From assembly GCA_963743305.1 (NCBI GenBank), contig CAVUPH010000006.1, positions 1 through 64,000 on the forward strand: a stretch of 64,000 bases of DNA. Direction: 5' to 3'. Every line of letters begins with the position of its first letter. The stretch's first letter is position 1. Source of the DNA: an uncultured delta proteobacterium. GTDB taxonomy: Bacteria; Desulfobacterota; RBG-13-43-22. A model generated the notes under the pieces. The model saw only the letters and a program-made list of their open reading frames with translations, had not been told where the DNA came from and did no database searches. A program made the translations under genes and the position numbers. Of the stretch, positions 30,335-40,830 are shown piece by piece.

Positions 30335-31165
30335 ATGCTTCCCCTGGTCAGCGTGATCATCCCCACCTTCAACCGGGCGACCTGGGTCCGGGAGGCCGTC
30401 GATTCGGTGCTGGCCCAGACTTTTCGGGATTTTGAATTAATTGTGGTGGATGACGGGTCCACCGATACTACCCGGGAAGGGCTCGGCCTTTATGGGGATC
30501 GCCTGAGGGTTGTATACCAGACCCGGCAGGGAGTCAGCGCCGCCCGGAACCGGGGCCTGGAAATGGCCGCCGGGAAGTGGCTGGCCTTTCTCGATTCAGA
30601 TGACCTCTGGCTTCCACAAAAATTGGAGACCCAGGTCGATTTCCTTAACCGGAACCCCCGGGCGGAAATCTGCCAGACCGAAGAAATCTGGATTCGGCAC
30701 GGCCGCCGGGTGAACCCTAAGAAAAAACATCGGAAACCTTCGGGGGACATCTTTGCGCCTTCTTTATCGCTCTGCCTGGTCAGTCCCTCGGCCGTGATGC
30801 TGAAAATGAGCCTGCTCAAGGAAGTGGGTTTTTTCGATCAGTCCCTTCCGGCCTGTGAAGATTACGACCTCTGGCTGCGGATCTCCTGCCGGAAACCGGT
30901 ATTCCTGATCGAGGAGCCGTTGGTGATTAAACGCGGGGGGCACCCGGACCAGCTCTCCCGTTGCCTGGCCACCCTGGACCGCTACCGTATCCAGTCGCTG
31001 GAGAAATTACTCGACTCCGGGCTGCTGTCACCCCGGCAATATGATTTGGCCTGGCAGGAGCTGGACCGTAAATGCCGGATCTACGGGCAAGGGTGTCTGA
31101 AACGAGGGAAGATCGAGGAAGGGGAGCGCTTCCTTAGTTTAGCGGCACGCTGGAAAAACCACTGA
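30335..31165 (+). CDS. Glycosyltransferase family 2
   Basis: VSVIIPTFNR, VVDDGSTD, SAARN, FLDSDD and EDYDLWLR motifs. Confidence 0.93.
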   Translation: MLPLVSVIIPTFNRATWVREAVDSVLAQTFRDFELIVVDDGSTDTTREGLGLYGDRLRVVYQTRQGVSAARNRGLEMAAGKWLAFLDSDDLWLPQKLETQVDFLNRNPRAEICQTEEIWIRHGRRVNPKKKHRKPSGDIFAPSLSLCLVSPSAVMLKMSLLKEVGFFDQSLPACEDYDLWLRISCRKPVFLIEEPLVIKRGGHPDQLSRCLATLDRYRIQSLEKLLDSGLLSPRQYDLAWQELDRKCRIYGQGCLKRGKIEEGERFLSLAARWKNH

Positions 31166-31224
31166 CGTCCCATTACTATCTAAATAAGAATCGACCACCG
31201 CTTATGAGGCCTTTTCCCTGGGTA

Positions 31225-31311
31225 GTCATACCGGACTCGATCCGGTATCCAGGACATCCGAAGCTTATCCGAGGCTGGATTCCGGATCACGCTTCGCTTG
31301 TCCGGAATGAC
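31225..31311. repeat. REP-like palindromic element between convergent genes
   Basis: GTCATACCGGACTCGATCCGGTATCCAG ... CTGGATTCCGGATCA..GTCCGGAATGAC. Confidence 0.7.
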
Positions 31312-31412
31312 GAGCTGACTCGATCCGTTTAAAGCCTATTTTCATGCTTCGCGGGTGCCCTGCGGGGCATGGGAGTTTAATACGATAATAGAATACCACA
31401 AAAAACACAAGC

Positions 31413-32135
31413 TCAGACTACCGTCCTAACGTAAATCTCCCGGACGATTTGTTCGTCCAAGGCTACCGAAGTCTCACCGATTTGAATCACGTAGGAGGGT
31501 CGTCGCTGTTTAAGCTGAACGGTGGTGCCCGGTATAATTCCCAGGGCACTGAGCGGTTCCAGCCGCCCTTTGACCCGGGTGGAAATAAAGACCACCTTCC
31601 CTTCCCGGCCCAGTTCAAGGTCGCTCAGGGGCTGGATCAGAGGCTGGACCTGCCGGGTCAGCTTATGACAGCAGGGCCCCTTGGGAATCGGTTTTCCATG
31701 AGGGCAGACCGGCGGGTGCCCCAGAAAGGAACAGACGCTGTCCGTGACCGCCGGACTGAGCAGGTGCTCCAGTTTACAGGCCTCGGATTCGGCCTCCTCC
31801 TCGGAGAGCTCGAACAATTCCATGAGCAGCCGCTCGGTCAGTCGATGGCGGCGGATGATTCCTTCCGCCAGGAGCTCTCCTTTTTCACTCAACCGGAGGA
31901 CCTCCCCTTCCCCTTCCACCAGGCCATCAGTGGTCATTTGCCGCACGATGGCCAGTGCTTCCGGGTCCCGGGCCTGCGCCAGCAGATCAGCGAGACCCGT
32001 AAGGCCCTTCTCCCGCAGGGTCCAGATCAGTTCCAGGAGTTCATCAATCCCTTCTTCCTGAGTCTTGAGAATACGCCCGCCATGCCAATGATGGCCCTGG
32101 CCGTTTTTTTCGGAGTGATCACGATGGGGTGACAT
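31413..32135 (-). CDS. DtxR/MntR-family metal-dependent regulator with C-terminal FeoA domain
   Basis: IIRRHRLTERLL, EACKLEH, CPHGKPIP; FeoA LSALGIIPG; His-rich N-terminus. Confidence 0.9.
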   Translation of the reverse strand: MSPHRDHSEKNGQGHHWHGGRILKTQEEGIDELLELIWTLREKGLTGLADLLAQARDPEALAIVRQMTTDGLVEGEGEVLRLSEKGELLAEGIIRRHRLTERLLMELFELSEEEAESEACKLEHLLSPAVTDSVCSFLGHPPVCPHGKPIPKGPCCHKLTRQVQPLIQPLSDLELGREGKVVFISTRVKGRLEPLSALGIIPGTTVQLKQRRPSYVIQIGETSVALDEQIVREIYVRTVV

Positions 32136-32329
32136 GGCCCTTCCTTTTCTTGAATATTTTCTTGATCAGGGTTACGGTTTTGGAATCCTTGGGAAAACTG
32201 TAGCGGCAGTTCGGGCAGCAAACCAGGTTGCAGTGCTTCCCCAGGGGACAGGCGCTCTGGCAACCTGCCGGGGTTAAAAACAAATTTGTGGCCGCACAAA
32301 GGACAGTGATACAGGACCGGATCTTCCAT
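32119..32329 (-). CDS. Small 8-Cys protein in the feo operon (one frameshift near 32272)
   Basis: Joined reading MEDPVLYHCPLCGHKFVFNPAGCQSACPLGKHCNLVCCPNCRYSFP; overlaps the next start. Confidence 0.7.
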
Positions 32330-32386
32330 CTTAAACCCCCATGCCCCCAGGGGACAACTTCCACGAAAATAGTGGATTAATCCTAT

Positions 32387-34381
32387 TCAATGACCCTCGC
32401 CTAACCGATCTTCCAGCCCGAAAAGAACAGGGCCCAGTGCAGATAGCCCCCCTACCAGCACCGCGATCAGGACGACCACCGAGGCTATGATCAAGGCCAC
32501 TTTCCAGCCGCGTTCCTTGATCATCATAAAAAAATTGGCCACACAGGGGACAAAGAGGGTGATGGTCACCAAAGCCACCAGGATCTGATTCTGATCCAAG
32601 AGACCCTGCCGGGCCAGGGTGAATAACCGGCCGCCCCGTAGTCTCTTCTCAGAAAGCCGAGAAGAAAGGGGCCGGTGGATTGGGCCGGCAAACCCAGCCA
32701 ATGGACCACTACCGGGCTAGCCCAGCGCTCCAACGCCGCCAGGGACCCTGTTTTGTTCAAGGCGAAAAGAAGCAGGGTCCCTAAAATAAAGAGCGGGACC
32801 GCCTCCCGGAGATACCACTCCAGGCGGGATAGGGTCTTGATCAGAATATTGCTGAATTGAGGCCAGCGCAGCGGGGGCAGTTCCAGGATAAATTGCGTGC
32901 TGTCGCCCGGTATTACCCGAGCCGCCAGAAATCCCACTAGAATAATCACGCCGACGATAATCGCTACCCAGAAGAATAATGACCCAGACGGAAAACCCGG
33001 AGAGCATGCCCAGGACCACGGCCAGTTGGGCCGAACAGGGAACTCCCAGGGCCAGGAGCAGGGTGACGATGATCTTATCTTTGGGGGTTTCCAATATCCG
33101 CGTGGTCATGGTAGCCATGGTGTCGCAGCCCAACCCCAGAATCATGGGCAAAATGGCTTTCCCGTTCAGCCCCATAAGGCGGAAGACCCGGTTGCTCATG
33201 ACCGCCAGCCTTGGCAGGTAGCCGGAATCCTCCAGAAAACCGAAAATCAGGAAGAAAAAAGTGACGATCGGCAGGATCAGAGCCAGGGCATAGGTCAAGG
33301 CCATGGTCAGGATCCCGTAGGGTCCCACAAATAGTTCCTGGACGAAAACCCAGGGGATGAAGACCTTAAACCAATGGGAAACCCAAGGGTTAATGTAGGT
33401 CCCGAAAACAACATCTTCCATGAAACCCACGGCCAGGTCCGCCCCCAGAACCCCGATGATCCAATAGGAAAGGTAAAGGACCAGGCCCAAACCGATCCAA
33501 CCATACAGCGGGTGGGTGGAGAGATCGCCTAACCGTTGCCCCCAGGCCTGAGCGGCTCCTTGACGCTTGGACAAAATCCGCGACAATAAGGCCTCCACCT
33601 GTTCCAATCGCTCTACGTTGATCCGATACCCGATGGGCTCCGAGTACAGGCGCTGGTAGCGGACGCAGATCTTTTCGACCTCCTGGATGGCCGCCGCCTT
33701 TAAATTTTTTTCCAGCCAGGGCCTCAGGGTTTCGTCTCCGGAAAGAAGCATCAAGGCCAAGGAACGGCCGCTGATCGGGGCCGGCGGAAGCAGGGGTACT
33801 AACTGTTCAACCGCTTCTTCGATCAAGGCCGAGTAAGTGAAACGATAGGTTGATTTCTTGGTCCCGAGCAGGTTGGGGAGAATCTGGTCGAGACCCTTCT
33901 TCCGGGTGGCCACCGTGGGAAGCACCTTCACTCCCAGGATTTCCTCCAGGATTGGATGCTGGATCTCTATACCCCGGCTTTTGGCCTCGTCCACCATGTT
34001 GAGCACCAATACCAGAGGCAGTCCCATTTCGATAAGCTGCAGGGTGATGGTCAGACCCCGGTTTAGATTTTTGGCATCCAGCACGGATAGCACGGTATAG
34101 TTTTTCTCCGCCAGCAGGATATCCCGGGTAACCTTTTCATCTTCTGAATTGGGAGTGAGATTGTTGATCCCCGGGGTATCCAGAATGGTAAATTGGTGAT
34201 CCTTATGCCCGCACGATCCGGAGGAGACCTCCACCGTGGTCCCCGGGTAGTTGGAAACCACCCGGTAGGCCCCGGTCAGGTAATTGAAAATAACGCTCTT
34301 CCCCACATTGGGATTTCCCACCAAGATAACCTTGTCCGGGGTATCGAGAAGAGATTCAGGTATTGATTGTGGTCCAGTCAT
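32387..34381 (-). CDS. feoB: Ferrous iron transporter FeoB (frameshifts near 32960 and 32635)
   Basis: GNPNVGKS, NYPGTTV, DTPG, NMVD, LEDSGYLPR, LGLGC, FILELPP and TLFVPC motifs across three frames. Confidence 0.95.
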
Positions 34382-34390
34382 AACGGTAGG

Positions 34391-34834
34391 CTAGCCTGAA
34401 TCCGAGTGTCTCTGCTGAGCGCAGTCCCGGCAATGCCCGTAGAGTTCCAGGATATGGTGGGAAATGATGAAATGATGCTCTTGAGCCACCAGTCCCTGCA
34501 GGGATTCGATTGTCGGATTTTCAAATTCCAGAATCCGGCCGCAGTCCAGACAGATCAGATGATCATGATGTTTTCCATGAGGAATTGATTCGAAGTAACT
34601 GGTTTGTCTATTAAATTTTCTTTCAGCGGCCAGACCGCACCTGGTCAGCAACTTCAAGGTTCTATAGACGGTGGTCAATCCTATCTTGGAGTCCTTTTTC
34701 CGCACCTCAGCCAGCAGCTCTTCGCTGGAACTATGCCCCTGGTTGGAAAGAAAGGTATCCGCGATCAGATTCCGTTGGGCGCTCTGCCGAAGACCCTGGG
34801 ATTTAACATAGTCTTTGAAAATTTTTTTATCCAT
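34391..34834 (-). CDS. fur: Fur-family transcriptional regulator
   Basis: IGLTTVYRTLKLL, HHDHLICLDCG, LYGHCRDC. Confidence 0.93.
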   Translation of the reverse strand: MDKKIFKDYVKSQGLRQSAQRNLIADTFLSNQGHSSSEELLAEVRKKDSKIGLTTVYRTLKLLTRCGLAAERKFNRQTSYFESIPHGKHHDHLICLDCGRILEFENPTIESLQGLVAQEHHFIISHHILELYGHCRDCAQQRHSDSG

Positions 34835-34884
34835 AATGAAAATGAAATTCATTTTCATTATAATCATTAACGTCTAACTGTCAA
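34833..34884 (-). promoter_or_regulatory. Sigma70 promoter (TTGACA-16-TATAAT) overlapped by a 29-bp Fur-box-like palindrome
   Basis: ATAATGAAAATGAA-A-TTCATTTTCATTAT (34833-34861); minus-strand -35 at 34879-34884 and -10 at 34857-34862. Confidence 0.85.
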
Positions 34885-34909
34885 ATTATTATTTTAGAGG
34901 AGGGAGAAT

Positions 34910-35668
34910 TTAAGAAGGACTATTAATTAATTCTTTAATTAAAACAAATTGATATCCTCTATCTTTCAAGTTTTGAATGATAATAGGCAGGGCGTCCAGG
35001 GTCTGGGTTCGATCATGGTAAAAGCCGACCCCTCCGGCATCGTGGAGGATGACGATAGCCCCGTTGCGGGTTTTATCCAGGACCGTTTGGATGATGTATT
35101 CTGTTCCCGGCAGGGAAACGTCGCTGGCCTTCACCGATCCGTTGATAATCGGCAGTTTCAATTCCCGACAGACCGCAACCAGGTCATTGGATACCCACCC
35201 CAGCGGGGATCGAAAAAATGCCGGATAGCGCCCGGTGATCCGATAAATGGCGTCTTGGGCCTCGACAATTTCTCGACGAATCCGATCGGGGGGGAGCCAG
35301 GGCAAATAAAAGAGGTGATGGTCGGAATGGTTTTCGATTTCATGGCCTCGGGTATTAATCTGCCGGACGATTTCCGGACAGGACCGGACTTCCCGACCAA
35401 TCAGGAAGAAAGTGGCTTTGATCCCGAAGCGGTCCAGTATTTCCAAGACCTGCGGGGTGTAAATCGGGTGCGGACCGTCATCAAAGGTCAGGGCCACTAT
35501 TTTTTCATCCGTCTCTCCACGGAAATATACGCCCTGGCAGCCCCCCAGAAGGACCAGGAGGAAAAGGAGGGAAAAAATAATATAGGAGCCTTTTATTCTT
35601 TTCACTTGTGCCCTCGAACCCTGACGTTCTATTCTTACACTATGCGGACTATCCGGCATCCTTGGCAA
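34910..35668 (-). CDS. Polysaccharide deacetylase (NodB/CE4), probable lipoprotein
   Basis: LLGGC lipobox; ALTFDDGP, HSDHH, FRSPLG and VILHD motifs. Confidence 0.9.
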   Translation of the reverse strand: MPRMPDSPHSVRIERQGSRAQVKRIKGSYIIFSLLFLLVLLGGCQGVYFRGETDEKIVALTFDDGPHPIYTPQVLEILDRFGIKATFFLIGREVRSCPEIVRQINTRGHEIENHSDHHLFYLPWLPPDRIRREIVEAQDAIYRITGRYPAFFRSPLGWVSNDLVAVCRELKLPIINGSVKASDVSLPGTEYIIQTVLDKTRNGAIVILHDAGGVGFYHDRTQTLDALPIIIQNLKDRGYQFVLIKELINSPS

Positions 35669-35825
35669 TCAAAAAGTGCAACGCTTTCGCGGAGGGCGCT
35701 CTTTGACCGGATAAAGGGCGACAATACTTTTTTGGTCTAATATTAAATATATGCTATTATATTCCGATACATTCGAAGATAACCGGATCATCACCCTTTA
35801 CCTGCGTTTTTGAGGAGGAAACCCC

Positions 35826-38112
35826 ATGCGTCGAACGTCCCCCAAAGGACCCCTGATTATCACCCTGGTCGTAGTCGCCTTTTTGATGGCCGCTTTCGTC
35901 GGCTGCAGCCGGGAGGCCAAACTGGCCCGCCACTGGAAAAAAGCCGAAAAATTTCTTTCGGAAAACAAAATCAATGAAGCCATCATCGAATACAAAAATG
36001 TGGTCCAGCTCAACCCCCAGGATGCCCGGGCCCACTATAAATTGGGTCTGGCTTATATCCGGGTCCGCAACCCTCAGGCGGCCTTTTCCGAATTTTCAAA
36101 AAGCGTGGACCTGGACCCCAACCTGACCGACGCGAGGCTGCAACTAGGTTATCTATACCTGTTGGCGAAGGATCTACCCAAGGCCCGGGAGCAGGTGGAG
36201 AAGATCGTCTACAAGGAACCCGAAAACCCCGCTGCCCATCTTCTCAGCAGCACCCTGTACGCCGTGGAAAAGAATCCGGACAAAGCCATCGCCGAGGCCC
36301 GCAAAGCCCTTGAAAAAGACCCGAAAAAAATAGAGGCCTACCTGCAACTGGCCAAGCTCTACCTCTTAACCAAGGACCTGGTCCGGGCCGAACAGACCCT
36401 TAAAGAGGCCTTGAAGGTCGACCCCCGATCGCTTCAGGCCCGTTATGCCCTGGCCGGTTTTTATCAGCAGACCGGAAAAAAAGAACTGGCCGAGGCCGAA
36501 TTGCTGGAGGCCGTTAAAACCGCCCCCCAGGATATCGGACCGGTTATGAACCTGGGACAATATTACGCTTCCCTGAACAGGCCGGAGGAGGCCGAAAAAC
36601 AGTTCCTGAAAGCCGTGGCCCTGGATCCCAAAAAAATCCCCACCCAACTGCATTTGGCCGATTTCTACTTAGCCTGGGGCAAGAAAGATAAGGCCGTTGA
36701 AACCCTTCAAAAAGCGCTGAAAGAGGATCCGAAGAGCATCCCCTCTCTGGCCCGACTGGCCGAAATCGCCCTGAAAGAAAAAAAGTTTGATCAGGCCTCG
36801 GAACAGGTGGAGAAAATTCTTAGAACCAATCCTAAAAGCCAGGAGGGAACCTTCCTCAAGGGGCGACTGCATTTGGCCAAAAAAGAATTCAAAGAAGCCA
36901 TCGGTCTTTTTCAGCCTTACCTGAAGGAAAACCCCAAATCCGCCATGGGCCATTACTTTCTGGGGCTGGCTTATTTGGGCGATAAAGATGTCCAGCAGGC
37001 TAAAAATGAACTGGGGGAGTCCATCAAACTCAATCCCCGCGGGGACGAGGCGCGCCTGCTGCTGGCCGACCTGCACCTTCGGGGAGGCGCTCCCGATCTG
37101 GCCATCGAACAGGCGCAAGCCGTTTTGAAGAATAACCCCAAATCCTTCCAGGCTCAACTGTTGTTAGGGAATGCCTTCTTGATGAAAAAAGATGGCGCCG
37201 GAGCGGCCAAGGCCTTTGATGAAGCCATTCAGGCCGCTCCCCAGAACCCGGTAGGCTATTATCAAAAAGGACGGGTGTTGTTGGCCCAAAAAAAAGAAAA
37301 AGAAGCGGTGGTCCAGTTGGAGAAGGCCCTCTCCTTGCAGCCCAATTATCTGGAAGCGCTCAACCTGCTCGTCGGCCTGTATGTCAACCAGAAGGATATG
37401 AAGAAGGCCCTGCAGCGGGTCGAGGCCCAAATCCAACTGAACCCCAAAAACCCGTTCTTTTACAATCTGTTGGGAAGACTCCAGGAACTCAATAAAGAAC
37501 TGGAGAAGGCCGAAGCCAACTACAAGAAAGCCGTGGAGATGGACCCTAACGTCACCGGGTTTCACCTTTCCCTGGCCGGTTTCTACGCCCGTCATACCCT
37601 GGTCGACAAAGCCATCAAGGAATTTAACCTGGCCCTGCAACAGAACCCCCAGTGCCCTGCCCGCTCTAATGGGCCTGGGTATCCTTTACCAGGGGCAGAA
37701 TCATATCGACCAGGCCAAAGAGGCCTATCAGAAGGCCCTGAAGGTCAATCCCAAGTTTGCCCCGGCCGCCAACAACCTGGCCTACCTGTACGCCGATAAG
37801 GGAGAGCATGTTGACGAGGCCTTAAACCTGGCCCAAAGCGCCAAAGAACAATTCCCGGAAGATCCGTCCATTTCCGACACCCTGGGCTGGGTCTATTACC
37901 AGAAGACTATTTACACCCGGGCAATCGTTTATTTCAAGGAAGCGTTGGAGAAGGTCAAGGACAACCCGGTCATTTATTACCATTTGGGATTAGCCTATTT
38001 CAAGAACAACCAAAAAGACCTGGCTAAACAAGCGTTGAATAAAGCCCTGGAACTGGACCCCAAATTTTCCGGGGCGGAAGCGGCCAAGGCCACGTTGCAG
38101 AAGATCAAGTAG
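35826..38112 (+). CDS. Long TPR-repeat lipoprotein (PrsT-like), frameshift near 37655
   Basis: AFVGC lipobox; many TPRs; AANNLAYLYA..SDTLGWVYY C-terminus. Confidence 0.85.
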
Positions 38113-38493
38113 GGCAGGCGTCTCGCCTGCCGGTTTTGTAGCGATAGAAAACATACGGAGCAACTCCCACCCAGACCAGCAGGAGCACCCAGACGCGCCC
38201 GCCGGCGAGGTTGTAATTGGCCAGCAACTCCGACCAAGGGTGTCCGCCCACGAAATGAAAAAACAAAAATTCAAAGGCGCAGTTTAAGGCCATACAAAAA
38301 ATGCCAATTCCTGTCCGCCCCCCTCCCGGAGCGGGGCGGACAGCCACGCTCAATCAGCCAAATCACGGCCCCCAATTGGACCATCCCCGTTACGGTAGAG
38401 CCCTGGTAGGCCCGCAACTCGGAAAGCTGTTTCCCATCGGTGAAATCCCGTACCGCGCCGTTGGTCACGGAGATCACAAGCATCACCAGCCAA
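38105..38493 (-). pseudogene. Conserved-looking membrane protein, 5'-truncated and frameshifted
   Basis: MLVISVTNGAVRD..SELRAYQ; FEFLFFHFVGGHPWSELLANYNLAGGRVW. Confidence 0.55.
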
Positions 38494-38709
38494 ATGGAAT
38501 CAGCGGATCAATTAGCAAAGAAAGCCATGGGGCTTGGACCAATAGAACGAATTCGGCTGATTGAGGCCATTTTATACAGCCTCGATAAGCCAGATCCAGA
38601 TATCGAAAAGAGTTGGATCGCCGAGGCTGAAGCACGATATGAGGCCTATAAACGGGGGGAGCTAGCAGCAATTGATTGGGAAGACATCAGAAAGCGGTAT
38701 GAACGTTGA
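38494..38709 (+). CDS. Addiction-module antitoxin (TIGR02574-like)
   Basis: ERIRLIEAILYSLD..IEKSWIAEAEARYEAYKRG. Confidence 0.8.
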   Translation: MESADQLAKKAMGLGPIERIRLIEAILYSLDKPDPDIEKSWIAEAEARYEAYKRGELAAIDWEDIRKRYER

Positions 38710-38777
38710 AGGTTCGGTTGATATCCCCCGCCAATCTGGAGTTGGATGAGGCTGTAAGGTTCAAACCAATCGCTTAA
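38706..38777 (+). pseudogene. RelE/ParE toxin, first 18 codons or so only
   Basis: TTG overlaps the antitoxin stop; MKVRLISPANLELDEAV, then runs into the pfkB 3' end. Confidence 0.6.
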
Positions 38778-39738
38778 CCGCCGCCTCAAAATCCTCCCGG
38801 CTCGGATAGGCTTCCCGCCCCACCCCTGCCATACTTAGATGAGCCATGGCCAGACCGAGGGAACCGCAGGCCGGCAGTGGCAAGCCCCGCAAATACCCGC
38901 CGAGGAATCCGGCGGCGAAGACATCGCCGGCGCCGGTGGTATCTTTGGCTTGGATGATCGCAGCGGGAAGTTCCCAGACTCCGGTAGCCGCTTGGATGAA
39001 GGCGCCGGAACCTTTCTTCTTTACGGCAATGATCCGGGTCCCCAGGGCCAGAATTTCTTTTACCCCCTCTCGCCATTTCCGTCCGGTCAGCATTTCCAGC
39101 TCTCCCTGAGTGATGAACAGAATTTGACACCGGGCCAGCAGAGGGGCCAAGTTCAGGAGGCCCCGTTGAACATAGACCTCCCCCGGATCAAAACTGATTT
39201 GGACCTGTCCGGCCACCTCCCGGACCAGGCGTTCCTGGAGCGCCAGGCCCTCTCCCAGGATGGAAGTCAGATGCAGCATCCGGAAAGTCCGGACGAAATC
39301 CGGGTCCAGGTCCGCCCAGGTGAGTTCCCGGTTGGCGTTGGGCAGCAAGAGGATGATCCGGTCCCGGTCGGGTCCCAGGATAATCAGGGCCTGGCCGGTT
39401 CGCTGCTCCCGCCCTAGGTGCAGCCGAGGGATGGGGGCCATTTCCCGCAGGATAAAATTCCCGTCCTCATCTTGCCCGACCTTACCCATCATGCCGCTGT
39501 GGAAGCCCATTTTCGCCAAAGAAAAAGCCGTATTGGCGGCGCTCCCGCCGCCGGTCCGGGAGATCAATCGGGTTTTTTCCAGGATAGCCTTCTGTACGGC
39601 CTGTATTTCAGCGGGCTCGATCAGCACCCACTCCCGACGCTTTTTCCCCTCGGGGTAGAAGGGTTCCAGAAAAGCGAGATCCTCCGTTTCGTAGATATAA
39701 TCCACATTCAGGGAACCCAAGCCGACCACATCGTTCAT
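38761..39738 (-). CDS. PfkB-family carbohydrate/nucleoside kinase
   Basis: GSLNVD, GGSAANTA, FDPG and DTTGAGDVFAAG motifs. Confidence 0.92.
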   Translation of the reverse strand: MNDVVGLGSLNVDYIYETEDLAFLEPFYPEGKKRREWVLIEPAEIQAVQKAILEKTRLISRTGGGSAANTAFSLAKMGFHSGMMGKVGQDEDGNFILREMAPIPRLHLGREQRTGQALIILGPDRDRIILLLPNANRELTWADLDPDFVRTFRMLHLTSILGEGLALQERLVREVAGQVQISFDPGEVYVQRGLLNLAPLLARCQILFITQGELEMLTGRKWREGVKEILALGTRIIAVKKKGSGAFIQAATGVWELPAAIIQAKDTTGAGDVFAAGFLGGYLRGLPLPACGSLGLAMAHLSMAGVGREAYPSREDFEAAVKRLV

Positions 39739-39739
39739 G

Positions 39740-40804
39740 TCATTTTACTCCCCAACTCATTTCGTCCTTGACTCGGGCTACATCTTCCGGCTCCAGGGGA
39801 AAAGGATAACTGCGGATGTCGCTGGGCGGCCCGTCCCCGAAGGGCCGGTTGCAGGCGGTTTCCAGTCCCCCCCCCGGGCAGCCGCTGGTCATAAAGGGCC
39901 GACCGGAGTCAATCCAACCCTCCAAATCCCCCGGCGGCAGACCGAAATCCTGGATCCGGCCCCCTTCATCGAAAGCCATGACCTGACTGCGGGACAGGTC
40001 GTTATCGATCAGGTACCGGGCCAACTGCACCCGGCGGTACTGCCCCGCCGGGCAGGGGGAAGCGTCGGCCAGGCGGGACCCTTTCTCCGGATAAAAGGAA
40101 AAAAGATGGGTCCGGGCTCCCAGATCGCGCACCGACTGAATACGACGGATCAGGTCCTCCTCGCGTTCCCCCATCCCGCAAATCAGGTGGCACCCGGCCC
40201 TGTTTTTACCGAAGACCTCGGCCGTAGCCGCCAGCATCGACCAATAGTGCTCAAACCGGTGCGGCCCCTTCGCCCCGGATCCCCGGTGCCGGTCAAAGAG
40301 GGCTTCATCGGCCAGGTCCAGGGCCACGGCCGCCATCTGAGCCCCGGCCTGCCGCAAGTCGGCTACGTCCTTCGTCTTCATACTGGTCGGGTTCATCAAA
40401 ACCGAAATAGGCAGTCCCACTTCCTCCCGAAAGCGCCGGGTCAGGTACAGGGTGTCTTCCAAGGCCCGGGGGTGGGTGATCATGGAGAGGCAGACCCGGT
40501 GCAGCTTGTGCCGGTTCTCCAGAGTTCTCCGAATGACGGTTTCCAGGTCGTAGGTGGGCCAGCTCACCCGGATAAAGCTTTTTTCCGAAAAATCGCCGTC
40601 CCTGGAATTCTGGAGTCCGCAATAGGAGCAGTTGCCCCGGCAGCCGCTGGGATAGGTCAACAGCAGGTTCAGACAGTACAGCCGGGCGTTTCGAAAAAAC
40701 AAACCCTCCTTCAAATTCAGGGTCATGGCCGCAGCCAGGCTCATCTGCAGATATTCCGGGCTGCTGAAGCGCTGGGGGTTCGGTTGGTTGTTAACAATCG
40801 ACAT
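39740..40804 (-). CDS. lipS2: Radical SAM lipoyl synthase subunit, LipS2-like
   Basis: CRGNCSYC; C-terminal TSGCPG..ACNRP; cluster context. Confidence 0.8.
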   Translation of the reverse strand: MSIVNNQPNPQRFSSPEYLQMSLAAAMTLNLKEGLFFRNARLYCLNLLLTYPSGCRGNCSYCGLQNSRDGDFSEKSFIRVSWPTYDLETVIRRTLENRHKLHRVCLSMITHPRALEDTLYLTRRFREEVGLPISVLMNPTSMKTKDVADLRQAGAQMAAVALDLADEALFDRHRGSGAKGPHRFEHYWSMLAATAEVFGKNRAGCHLICGMGEREEDLIRRIQSVRDLGARTHLFSFYPEKGSRLADASPCPAGQYRRVQLARYLIDNDLSRSQVMAFDEGGRIQDFGLPPGDLEGWIDSGRPFMTSGCPGGGLETACNRPFGDGPPSDIRSYPFPLEPEDVARVKDEMSWGVK

Positions 40805-40830
40805 CTGTCAATAGCTCCTTACACGGACAT

